NCBI GenBank assembly: GCA_964007735.1 | Contig: CAXGAI010000010.1 | Span: forward strand, 1-64,000 | Length of the DNA: 64,000 nt | Direction of reading: 5' to 3' | DNA from: an uncultured Rhodopirellula sp. | GTDB lineage: Bacteria; Planctomycetota; Planctomycetia; Pirellulales; Pirellulaceae | Shown: positions 1 to 8,860 of the stretch, piece by piece | Numbering within the stretch: position 1 is the stretch's first letter | How the letters are laid out: each line of letters opens with the position of its first letter | Position numbers and translations under genes: made by a program | The notes under the pieces: model-generated | The model's database searches: none | Seen by the model: only the letters and a program-made list of their open reading frames with translations | Told to the model about the DNA's origin: nothing

Positions 1-133
1 CGCCAAAACCACCGCCGCCAAAACCACCGCCACCGCCGCCGCCAAATTGAGCGTGGACAGCAGGGCTAAACACTAATAAGCCAGCTACGACTATCAACGA
101 TAATAACTTGTGAAGACATTTCGACGTTGACAT
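1..133 (-). CDS. 5' end of a secreted protein (signal peptide followed by a Gly-rich tract), truncated by the window edge
   Basis: Hand translation of the reverse strand from ATG at 133 gives MSTSKCLHKLLSLIVVAGLLVFSPAVHA|QFGGGGGGGFGGGGFG..., with GAGGA upstream. Not in the ORF track. Confidence 0.75.
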   Translation of the reverse strand, partial: MSTSKCLHKLLSLIVVAGLLVFSPAVHAQFGGGGGGGFGGGGFG

Positions 134-485
134 GATCAGATTCCTCGTCTTCGTCCCCGTACTAGCCGGGAACGGCATAAATATTGTTTTCTCTATTTCC
201 GTAACTCAAATGACGGCTTACCTCAGGCAGTAATACGTTTGAGTTTGACTTCCGCCAATAATTCAAGCGCACATTCCGTCACTTATCTCATCGAAAAGAG
301 GTCTATTCCGATATTAGTTCGGTAAACTAGAGAAGGCAAGAAAACGAGGAAATTTGCCTAAGAAGAGTAGTGTAATTGTCTTAACAGGTAATCTCCGCCG
401 AATAACCGTCATAATCGATACCCTTTGACAACCATTCCCCACACAGGTGATCCAATAGCCTGATTCAATTCCCAACCGTAACGTC

Positions 486-1592
486 CTAACTTTTAAGCAA
501 TGTCAGTGGGTTCTTTCGCTGTTTCAATGGCATTTCAACCGGGACACTCTGGCGATGTGATTCAAAAACGGCCGCAATCATCTCAACAGTTGTCCGAGCT
601 TCATACATATTACATTCCGGTTGTCTGTCTTCTTTGATTGCTGCGAGCAGATCTATACAAGCGGCGACATTCCCAGCGTGCAGCGAACTATCATCTGCCA
701 CTTCAGGCTTACCAACACCACGGGAAGTAATACGTTGCCATTCTTTGCCCGACCTTCCGGGACACCAATGAGGATCCTCCAGTAAATAGGCCAACGGCCG
801 ATAGCCCGTCTTAATGTCAAAGATTCCTTTGCTGCCGTAAATTTGCAAAGCAAATCGGGCACCATTACCTGTGCTGCGAGTTGAAGCAAAATATCCGTGA
901 ATGCCATCCTGCATCCCATAAGTGGCATTCAACGAATTGGATGCCAATGGCCCAATCCCTTCATTACCTTCATAGACATCTTTTTGACGAAGAGGAACAC
1001 CATCTTGATATGCCTGCGCAAAACACCAGGTTGGCTCACCACCAAAGAAATGCATCATGTTGAAGATATGGCTCCCAAGAACCCACAGGTCTTCTCCACC
1101 ACCGCGACCATCTTCTTTCCCACGCCCGCGAAGTTCCAGAACATCTCCGATACGTCCGTTCTCAATCAACTCACGCACCACACGAAGTGTTGGGCTGTAC
1201 CGAGTCTGGTGTGCAATGGCAAGCTTCACTTTATTCAATTCACAGGCAGCAACCATTTGGTCTGCCTCTTCAAGTGTTCGACAGAACGGTTTTTCCATGT
1301 AGATATGCAACTGTTTTTCTGCCACGGCTAGAACTATGTCGCGATGTTGATCTAACCACCGTGGACAGATGGCAACAATATCCAACTGCTCGTTGTTCAG
1401 CATTTTTCGATAGTCAGCATAGGCTTGTGGGGCTTTGAGACGTTTCTTTGCAGCTGTGCGACCTGCTTCGTCCGGATCGCTCACCGCAACGACATGACAG
1501 CCTGGAACATGAGACCAAACCGTATCGATTCCATGACCATAATTCCCTCGGCCTGTGTGACCGATAACGCCTATTCGATAATTAACCATCAA
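486..1592 (-). CDS. Gfo/Idh/MocA family oxidoreductase
   Basis: N-terminal Rossmann-like IGVIG, YMEKPF motif, GSH catalytic region; 368 aa. Confidence 0.9.
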   Translation of the reverse strand: MMVNYRIGVIGHTGRGNYGHGIDTVWSHVPGCHVVAVSDPDEAGRTAAKKRLKAPQAYADYRKMLNNEQLDIVAICPRWLDQHRDIVLAVAEKQLHIYMEKPFCRTLEEADQMVAACELNKVKLAIAHQTRYSPTLRVVRELIENGRIGDVLELRGRGKEDGRGGGEDLWVLGSHIFNMMHFFGGEPTWCFAQAYQDGVPLRQKDVYEGNEGIGPLASNSLNATYGMQDGIHGYFASTRSTGNGARFALQIYGSKGIFDIKTGYRPLAYLLEDPHWCPGRSGKEWQRITSRGVGKPEVADDSSLHAGNVAACIDLLAAIKEDRQPECNMYEARTTVEMIAAVFESHRQSVPVEMPLKQRKNPLTLLKS

Positions 1593-1740
1593 CCTGTGCT
1601 CACTTCGATAATCAAAAGAAGACTCCGGCTAGGAGTATGACTTGTATAGGTTATGATACTAATATTCTCCCGCAACTTGTAGATTTTTCATTCGACAAAC
1701 CTCTCCTGTGAAGTCAACCGTGGACATCAATAGTGAACTT

Positions 1741-3147
1741 ATGCCAAATAGTCGCATCGCAATTGTCGGTGCTGGTATCACCGGGCTTTCGGCGGCGTAC
1801 TATCTCCACCGGCAACGTCCAGACTTACAAATATCCATATTGGAATCGAGTTCCCAGGCTGGAGGGATCCTACAAACGACCCATCGCAAGGGCTTTCTCA
1901 TTGAACGCGGACCGGATATGTTCATCACGCGTGACTCAGACGCTCTTAAGCTCTGCAAAGAACTCGGTTTTGCAGATCAACTAATCCAAACTAATACAGC
2001 CAACCGTGGTGCTTATCTGATCCATCACGGAAAGCTACAAAAAATGCCGGCTGGTTGGACCATGATGACACCAACCCAATTTTGGGGAATCGCGAAAACT
2101 CCTCTCTTAAGTCTCCGGGGTAAGTTTCGTGTCCTTTGGGAGTTATTCGTACGACGGCGTACCGATACGATCGACGAAAGCTTAGCTTCCTTTACTCGCC
2201 GACGTCTTGGAACGGAGGCTTTTAATAATATTATTCAGCCACTGATTGGCGGCATTTATACCGCCGATCCTGAAAAGCTCAGTATGAATGCGACGCTTAA
2301 ACCATTCATTGATATGGAGCGAGAAGACGGAGGTTTGATACGCGGGGGATTAAAACAACTGAAGAATCGCAAGGGAGATGCCACCAGTAGCGGCGCACGC
2401 TATGGGATGTTCGTTACCCCCAAAGACGGTATGCGATCTTTCGTAGACGCGATCGTGAACGCACTTCCCGCTCAGACCATTGAATACGGTAGAAAAGTAA
2501 CCGAAGTGAAAACATCAGGGGATATGATGAAAGTCACCGTCGAAGGTGAAACCAGTAGTCGTTCTTACGACAAAGTACTCATCACAACCTCCAGCCAGAT
2601 CACCGCCCGGTTGCTAAAAAACACATTTTCAGAATTAAGCGCTAATTTGGAGAAGATCCCTTTAGCCGGCGCCAGCGTTCTTTCCATGGGATACGCCCGA
2701 AAAGATGTTGAACACCCTCTGGATGCTTTTGGGATTGTAAGTCCGATAAAAGAAAACCGTCCACTTATTGCTATCAGTATTTCCAGTGTCAAATTCTCCG
2801 GCCGCGCACCAGAAGACCATGTCCTGTTCCGAATCTTTATCGGCGGGGCATTACAACCCGAGTTACTGAAACTCTCTGATGATGAGCTCATACAATCGAC
2901 GCGCAACCAATTAAAAGAATTGCTCGGTGTCCGTGGGGAACCAATCCTTACAGAAATCGCTCGCTGGACCAACACAATGCCTCAATATCACGTTGGACAT
3001 GTCGATCTGGTTGATTCCATCGAAACCCAACTACAACACATTCCCGGATTGGAACTCGCCGGTAACGCATACCGTGGCGTTGGAATCCCACTTTGTATTC
3101 GTAGTGGTAAGCTTGCGGCAAAGCGGATCATAGGAACAGAGATTTGA
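1741..3147 (+). CDS. hemG: Protoporphyrinogen/coproporphyrinogen oxidase (HemY-type flavoprotein)
   Basis: IAIVGAGITGL FAD motif, ERGPD, GGIYTADPEKLS, MPQYHVGH, GNAYRGVGIP. ATG 1741 preferred over GTG 1708. Confidence 0.93.
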   Translation: MPNSRIAIVGAGITGLSAAYYLHRQRPDLQISILESSSQAGGILQTTHRKGFLIERGPDMFITRDSDALKLCKELGFADQLIQTNTANRGAYLIHHGKLQKMPAGWTMMTPTQFWGIAKTPLLSLRGKFRVLWELFVRRRTDTIDESLASFTRRRLGTEAFNNIIQPLIGGIYTADPEKLSMNATLKPFIDMEREDGGLIRGGLKQLKNRKGDATSSGARYGMFVTPKDGMRSFVDAIVNALPAQTIEYGRKVTEVKTSGDMMKVTVEGETSSRSYDKVLITTSSQITARLLKNTFSELSANLEKIPLAGASVLSMGYARKDVEHPLDAFGIVSPIKENRPLIAISISSVKFSGRAPEDHVLFRIFIGGALQPELLKLSDDELIQSTRNQLKELLGVRGEPILTEIARWTNTMPQYHVGHVDLVDSIETQLQHIPGLELAGNAYRGVGIPLCIRSGKLAAKRIIGTEI

Positions 3148-3189
3148 ATTTTCCAAATTCACCTGAGTATTGGGTTTCAGGACATCTTC

Positions 3190-3558
3190 TTATTTAGATA
3201 TTCCGTCCCAATCGATTTCGTCTATTTTCGCAGCCAGAATAAAATCATTTTCACTCAGCCCACCAATTGCATGCGTCCAGATCTCAATGCAGACGTTTCG
3301 ATAGCCTTCCAAATGAATATCGGGGTGATGGTTCTCATCTTCGGATAATTCAGCAACAGCGTGAAAGAACGCCATTGCCGCCATGAAATTTGAGGCTGTC
3401 CATTCGCGCCGGATCCTCTGACCTTCGTCGATAATTTGCCAGTCAGGATGTTTTATAATTTGAGCCCGCGCCTCCTCGAGGGAATATTTAGGCACACCCC
3501 CCTCACAGGGCACGCATCGTTTTGCGCGTAATTCACAAGCTTCCTGTATATCCATCAT
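3190..3558 (-). CDS. phhB: Pterin-4-alpha-carbinolamine dehydratase
   Basis: CVPCEGG, HHPDI, WTHAIGGLSENDFILAAKID motifs. Confidence 0.92.
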   Translation of the reverse strand: MMDIQEACELRAKRCVPCEGGVPKYSLEEARAQIIKHPDWQIIDEGQRIRREWTASNFMAAMAFFHAVAELSEDENHHPDIHLEGYRNVCIEIWTHAIGGLSENDFILAAKIDEIDWDGISK

Positions 3559-3559
3559 T

Positions 3560-5179
3560 CTAAATCGTCTTCAATTTTGAGCGGTCTACCATGGGTTTGC
3601 CCTCGCGTTCTTTGGCTTTATTCTCACGCCATGGCTTCCCGTCTTCGTAAAACTTTAATTCTTTTTCAAGGTGTTCCTGAATATCGTCACGCCCAATTTC
3701 GACAGCTTTCTTAGCCCATTTTTTTGCGTTGTCAAAATCTCCTACCTCAGCATAAGCTGCTCCCAACGTGCTCAGAATATGAGGTTTTTTGTATTCCGAT
3801 ACCTCACATGCTTTCAACGCCAATTCAACGGATTTCTTGCCATCACGAACTTCGTCATTATCAGACGTTGCAAGTGTCCAGGCCCAGTTATTCAACAAGT
3901 TATCGTGAGTCTGGTTGTACTTATAAGCTTCTTCATAATCAGCAACGGCTTTACCATGTTCTCCCATGCTCAAATAAATATCTGCACGTGAATAATAGCC
4001 CATCCAACCCTCTTTATTCCTGTCGATCGCAACATTGATATGCTTGATAGCACTATCGAATTCCTCTGCCATTGAGTAGTCCATTGCCACACGAATACGC
4101 ATCTCGTTATCCGTTGGCAAAAATTGCAACAGAGCTTCCAGTAATTTTGCCGCTCGATAATAATCCTGCTGCTGTTCCAAAACTCCAGCTCGCAATAGAT
4201 ACAACTGTGGAGAGCCTGGATTTATTTCCTGGAGTGCATCGAGATCCTTATTTGCTTCTTCAAGGCGATTCTCTGCCAGAGCGATATTAGCGCGAAGTAG
4301 TAACGCTCCTTCACTCTTCGGATTGATTTCAATCGCCTTATCGAGATCTTTCCTGCCTTCTTCGATATTATTCTGCATGACATGAATACGTGCACGCAAT
4401 TCGTATCCGGCCGACGCATTAGGTTGCTTTTCAACCGCCTGATTGGCAATCTCAATAGCCTGGCCAAATTCTTCCTGCTGAGCCAGAGCTTCAGCCAGCG
4501 CAGCCATTGCCAAAACGTCGTCACCGTCAAGTTCGACGACGCGCCGGAAATCCTCGGCGGCCTTTTCAAAGTTACCCTGCTGTGAATAAACGGCAGCACG
4601 TGCTGTGATCGCCGCTGAATTATCATCGTCAACCTTAATCGCTTCACTCAAATCAGCAATTTTCTCATTGGCATCTTCACGGAGCGCAGCTCGAGCGACC
4701 AAGGCGTTCGCTTTTGGCTCAGCGTCTTCGTACAACTCCAACGCTTTCGAGGCTGACTCAACACCAGCTTTCCGCGTTCCACCTGGTAACGCATGAAGCT
4801 TTGCCATCAGAAGATGGGCATCCGCAAATGCGGCGTCGTATTTTGTAATCCGTCCCAAATCACTTAGTGCCAAACGACGCATTTCCACCCACTGTTGGGG
4901 CGGACGTCCGGAGAGCAACGGATTCGATAGTTGTTCGGCTCTTTGATACAACGTGGATGTGATCAGTTGGATCGCAAATTCCCTGCCTCCATCATCCAGA
5001 CCAGCTTCAACCGCTTTTTCAGCAAGCTTGACAACCTCTTCCAAATCCTGAAAATTTTTGGCGTTTAGCTTAGCTTCCGTTGCCTGATCAAGGAATGTTT
5101 GTCCTTCTTCATCAGCTAGTAAAAAACTACCTGTGATAAAGACCATCGATAGGCTAAGCACCACTTTGAGAGCACGCAT
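3560..5179 (-). CDS. Exported tetratricopeptide-repeat protein
   Basis: N-terminal signal peptide, multiple TPR-like helical repeats, C-terminal NNWAWTLAT...LGAAYAEVGDF unit. Confidence 0.88.
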   Translation of the reverse strand: MRALKVVLSLSMVFITGSFLLADEEGQTFLDQATEAKLNAKNFQDLEEVVKLAEKAVEAGLDDGGREFAIQLITSTLYQRAEQLSNPLLSGRPPQQWVEMRRLALSDLGRITKYDAAFADAHLLMAKLHALPGGTRKAGVESASKALELYEDAEPKANALVARAALREDANEKIADLSEAIKVDDDNSAAITARAAVYSQQGNFEKAAEDFRRVVELDGDDVLAMAALAEALAQQEEFGQAIEIANQAVEKQPNASAGYELRARIHVMQNNIEEGRKDLDKAIEINPKSEGALLLRANIALAENRLEEANKDLDALQEINPGSPQLYLLRAGVLEQQQDYYRAAKLLEALLQFLPTDNEMRIRVAMDYSMAEEFDSAIKHINVAIDRNKEGWMGYYSRADIYLSMGEHGKAVADYEEAYKYNQTHDNLLNNWAWTLATSDNDEVRDGKKSVELALKACEVSEYKKPHILSTLGAAYAEVGDFDNAKKWAKKAVEIGRDDIQEHLEKELKFYEDGKPWRENKAKEREGKPMVDRSKLKTI

Positions 5180-5221
5180 GGATATGATTCCTATTCACGA
5201 ATTGTGAAAATATGTAATTAA

Positions 5222-6796
5222 TTAAGTGAGATTGGCTTGTGTCCAGGATCCATCGACGTTCCTCCATACAGTTCCATTAGGACTTTCATCTTTTAAAATG
5301 CCGGGGAGGCGATGGGGCCGTATATTATCGTAACATTGAAGCATCCCGAACCGCAAAAGGGATCCCGGAATCCCAACAGCCGTAAACCCCGGATGACCAG
5401 TTGCCGGGAACGGGCCACCATGATTCATAGCTGCTGAAACGGCAACACCTGTTGGCATTTTGTCATTCAACAGACGACCAACCTTCATTCGCATCTGACT
5501 AGCAATCTGATCATACGCATCATCGTCTGTTCCTGTGCTATCTGAATAGATGCAACCCGTGAGATTGCCCTCAAGTATTGATACAACTTTTGCTAATTCG
5601 TCAACTGATTCTGCAACTAATAACAAAGAACTATTACCAAAGGCTTCTGTCTGCATTATTTCAGCATCCGACAAAAATTGAGTTGCCGTTACTTTTAATA
5701 ATGTATTGGCATAACAGAATCGTCCTGCATCAGCTGCCGCATTACCAACAAGCATTTCAGCTCCCGCATTAACAAGCACCTGCAGGTTGGATGCCAAACT
5801 CTCTTCAACGCCAGCAGACAACAAGGTCCCTACTGGAGCCTCCGCAAATTTAGAAGTTATCGCTTCAACAAACTGATCTGTATATTCTCCAGCTAGTAAC
5901 AGCACTAAGCCGGGGTTGGTACAGAATTGGCCTGTCCCCATCAAGCAGCTGCCGGTAAATTCATCGGCAATTTCAGCTCCACGTTCAGCCAAAGCGCCTG
6001 GCAGAATTACCACTGGATTGACACTGGAAAGCTCCAGATAAATTGGCTTGCCTACCAGATCCGCTGCTTGCTTTAGTTTTAATCCAGCCTGCCGGCTTCC
6101 TGTGTAGCCTGTTGCGCCGATGCGAATATCAGAGACCAGACGTTCTCCATCGGCATGGTTTGTGCGATAAATCAATTGCACCATCCCTGCGGGCATACCC
6201 GTTGCTAGAGCAGCTCTTTGAGCACATTCAGCAAACAATTTAGTCGTCCCTGGATGCGACGAGTTCGCTTTGGCAATCACAGGATTTCCTGCAGCAATGG
6301 CCGCTGCAAAATCTCCCCCGGAAGCACTGCCGAATGCTAAAGGGAAGTTATTTGGACCAAAGACGCACACGGGGCCAATGGCCCCATAAACACTTCGAAT
6401 ATTGGTGGCCGTATCGATCGTTGGCAATGCCCAACTGCCATCCCGAGCCGCTGCTGCGGCCTGACGCAATTGGTTCGTGGTTCGCGGCATTTCACCACCG
6501 GCCAATCGGGTTTCCTTTGGGTAAGCCGTTTCCGCATGAGCCATATCAACAATGGCTTCCGCATGCTCCTCAATGTCATTAGCATAAGCTTCCAGGAAAT
6601 CAGCAATTTGCGATCCTGACAAATTCCGCAAAGCGGCGGCAGCAGTCGCTGCCGCTGTTAATGCTTCGTCACAATCTTCCCAGTTACTTACTGGATACTG
6701 CGGCTCAAGTAATTCCCGAGTGGCCGGATTAGCAGCCTGAAAAGAAGAAGAGGCACTTGCCTCGCGCCACTGACCAGCAATTAAAACTTTTTCCAT
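5222..6796 (-). CDS. NADP-dependent aldehyde dehydrogenase, alpha-ketoglutarate semialdehyde dehydrogenase (KGSADH)-like
   Basis: FGPNNFPLAF, ELSSVNP, GQFCTNPG (catalytic Cys), EAFG and HGGPFPAT motifs typical of the KGSADH subfamily. Confidence 0.85.
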   Translation of the reverse strand: MEKVLIAGQWREASASSSFQAANPATRELLEPQYPVSNWEDCDEALTAAATAAAALRNLSGSQIADFLEAYANDIEEHAEAIVDMAHAETAYPKETRLAGGEMPRTTNQLRQAAAAARDGSWALPTIDTATNIRSVYGAIGPVCVFGPNNFPLAFGSASGGDFAAAIAAGNPVIAKANSSHPGTTKLFAECAQRAALATGMPAGMVQLIYRTNHADGERLVSDIRIGATGYTGSRQAGLKLKQAADLVGKPIYLELSSVNPVVILPGALAERGAEIADEFTGSCLMGTGQFCTNPGLVLLLAGEYTDQFVEAITSKFAEAPVGTLLSAGVEESLASNLQVLVNAGAEMLVGNAAADAGRFCYANTLLKVTATQFLSDAEIMQTEAFGNSSLLLVAESVDELAKVVSILEGNLTGCIYSDSTGTDDDAYDQIASQMRMKVGRLLNDKMPTGVAVSAAMNHGGPFPATGHPGFTAVGIPGSLLRFGMLQCYDNIRPHRLPGILKDESPNGTVWRNVDGSWTQANLT

Positions 6797-6886
6797 TGTC
6801 TTTCATCTTTCGTTATTATTTTCCAACCAACGTGATGTCAATCAGTTTTATCTCGAACTATTCGGTACCACAGTATTTCGCAAATC

Positions 6887-7741
6887 TTAACCCTGAACAA
6901 CCGGATTCGTTAGCGTACCAATACCGCAAATTGTGATGTGCACTACATCGCCCGCATTCAATGTGAAATCGCTATCAGGAACGATGCCAGTTCCAGTCAT
7001 TAAGAATACGCCATTTGGAAACTCCTGTTCACGGCATAGATAGCCAATGAGATCTTCAAAAGTACGATGCATTTCACTGACACCTGAGCTACCTTCAAAA
7101 ACAATTTCGCCCCCACGTTCAATTTGAAGTTTGATGCCTGTTTCATCGCGAGCCGGCATACTATCAAGCAAGGTAATGCATGGTCCAAGTCCTGCACATT
7201 GGCGATAAACCTTTGCCTGAGGCAAATAAAGCGGATTTTCTCCTTCAATATCCCGGCTACTCATATCGTTCCCGATCGTGAATCCAACTAAAGTCCCTTT
7301 ACTGGAGACAACGCAGGTGATTTCAGGTTCCGGTACATTCCAGGTTGCATCATAGCGAATACGAACCGGTTGCCCGGGCCCTGACACTCTGTGGGGTGTT
7401 GCTTTCATGAACAATTCGGGACGATCCGCTTCGTATACCAAGTCGTAGCAGGAAGCACTTGTTTCCGATTCTTCCATACGTGCCGTTTGGCTTCGTTTAT
7501 AGGTCACCCCTGCAGCCCAGACTTCCTGTTGATCGATCGGAGCCAGTAGCGTCACATCGTCCAAGGCAACTTCCTGATCTGACACCAAAGAAGCTGCTGT
7601 CTCCGATGGATTACCCGACTCAATAATATCTGCCAATGTTGAACAAGTAGAATCATCAAATGACAAAGGGCGAACAATCTCACCATCTAGCTGGGCAACC
7701 AGCACTTCACCCGTAGCAGTTTGGCATTTAACAAGTTTCAT
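6887..7741 (-). CDS. Fumarylacetoacetate-hydrolase family protein, 2-keto-3-deoxy-pentonate dehydratase (XylX/KdaD-like)
   Basis: EVWAAGVTY, RPELFMKA, WNVPEPE, GNDMSSRDIEGENPLYLPQAK motifs; adjacent to KGSADH. Confidence 0.8.
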   Translation of the reverse strand: MKLVKCQTATGEVLVAQLDGEIVRPLSFDDSTCSTLADIIESGNPSETAASLVSDQEVALDDVTLLAPIDQQEVWAAGVTYKRSQTARMEESETSASCYDLVYEADRPELFMKATPHRVSGPGQPVRIRYDATWNVPEPEITCVVSSKGTLVGFTIGNDMSSRDIEGENPLYLPQAKVYRQCAGLGPCITLLDSMPARDETGIKLQIERGGEIVFEGSSGVSEMHRTFEDLIGYLCREQEFPNGVFLMTGTGIVPDSDFTLNAGDVVHITICGIGTLTNPVVQG

Positions 7742-7783
7742 TTCATTTCTCCTTAGAGCGAACCTCTAGTATTGAATTTTGGC

Positions 7784-8854
7784 TTATCCCCAAATCTCAT
7801 TCAATCTTCGAATCCAGTTCCCATGCATAATGGCTTCAATATCTTCCTGGCTATAACCTCGATCAGCCAGCAAGGTTGTTAGTTTTTGTAAGTCAGCTAT
7901 TGATTCCATGTCGTAAGGACATTGTTCACGGCCATAGCCGCCATCCAGATCGGATCCAATTCCAACATGTCGAGTATTCCCGGCAAGCTGACAAATATGG
8001 TCTACGTGTTCGATGATGCGCTCAATATTCACACCCGCCGAGTAGGGCTGGGTAATAAAACGTTGCCAACCGGGTGCCATCATCCAGGCATCAAAGGCCA
8101 TCCCAAGGACAGCGTCACGTTCAATAATCGCTTGAATCTGCTCGTCACTAAATTGACGTTGATGAGGAACAAGAGCCCGGCAGTTTTGGTGACTCGCCCA
8201 AACCGGACCGTCATATAACTCCAGAGCTTCCCAAAATCCTTCATCTGTTAGATGGGTGACATCCAGAACAATACCCAAATTCTGCATTTCTTTCAGTAAG
8301 TCTTTGCAAGGTGACTCCAGCCCTCCTTCAGAGCCCGTTCCAGGGGCATAACGTCCCGGACCGTAGTGAGCCGGGCCGATCGCGCGCAAGCCATATTCGT
8401 ATGCTTTCTCCAGATAACTGAGATCGATAATGGAGTCAGCTCCTTCGAGGCTTAAGACATATCCAATGGGCAAATTGGATTTATCGTCGGACGTCTCCCA
8501 CCGTTGAACATGATCATTTAGCTGCTGTTTGTCACGGATCTGAACCATCAATCCCTTATCTTCCATGACTCGGTACCAGGCTAATTGAGCCTGTGTGATC
8601 GACCAGGCAATATCAGGACTATTCCAGCCGGGAAGTGGATTATCGGGAGCGACATATCGTCCAATTTGTGTTGCGATGCAAACGCCGATCTCGCCGCGCC
8701 GCATTTCCTCCAACGTGAGAACCCCTTTGCCACGGTCGACATAGTCCATTTTACCTGCTTCACGCTCGCGGACGTTTTTCAGGGTGTCTGTCAGGTCGCG
8801 GTTCCATTCCACCGCGTTCATAGAAATATCTAAATGGGCATCAAAGATCAGCAT
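7784..8854 (-). CDS. Membrane dipeptidase (M19/renal dipeptidase family) amidohydrolase
   Basis: FDAHLD, LEGAD, LDVTH, ASHQN and GIGSDLDG metal-binding motifs. Confidence 0.9.
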   Translation of the reverse strand: MLIFDAHLDISMNAVEWNRDLTDTLKNVREREAGKMDYVDRGKGVLTLEEMRRGEIGVCIATQIGRYVAPDNPLPGWNSPDIAWSITQAQLAWYRVMEDKGLMVQIRDKQQLNDHVQRWETSDDKSNLPIGYVLSLEGADSIIDLSYLEKAYEYGLRAIGPAHYGPGRYAPGTGSEGGLESPCKDLLKEMQNLGIVLDVTHLTDEGFWEALELYDGPVWASHQNCRALVPHQRQFSDEQIQAIIERDAVLGMAFDAWMMAPGWQRFITQPYSAGVNIERIIEHVDHICQLAGNTRHVGIGSDLDGGYGREQCPYDMESIADLQKLTTLLADRGYSQEDIEAIMHGNWIRRLNEIWG

Positions 8855-8860
8855 AAAGGC

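Noticed and set aside
897..1331. Numerous 60-180 aa antisense or alternate-frame ORFs (e.g. 897-1331, 10130-10624, 38506-38982, 51112-51657)
   Set aside because: They lie within well-supported genes and show no recognisable motifs, so they are treated as shadow ORFs.
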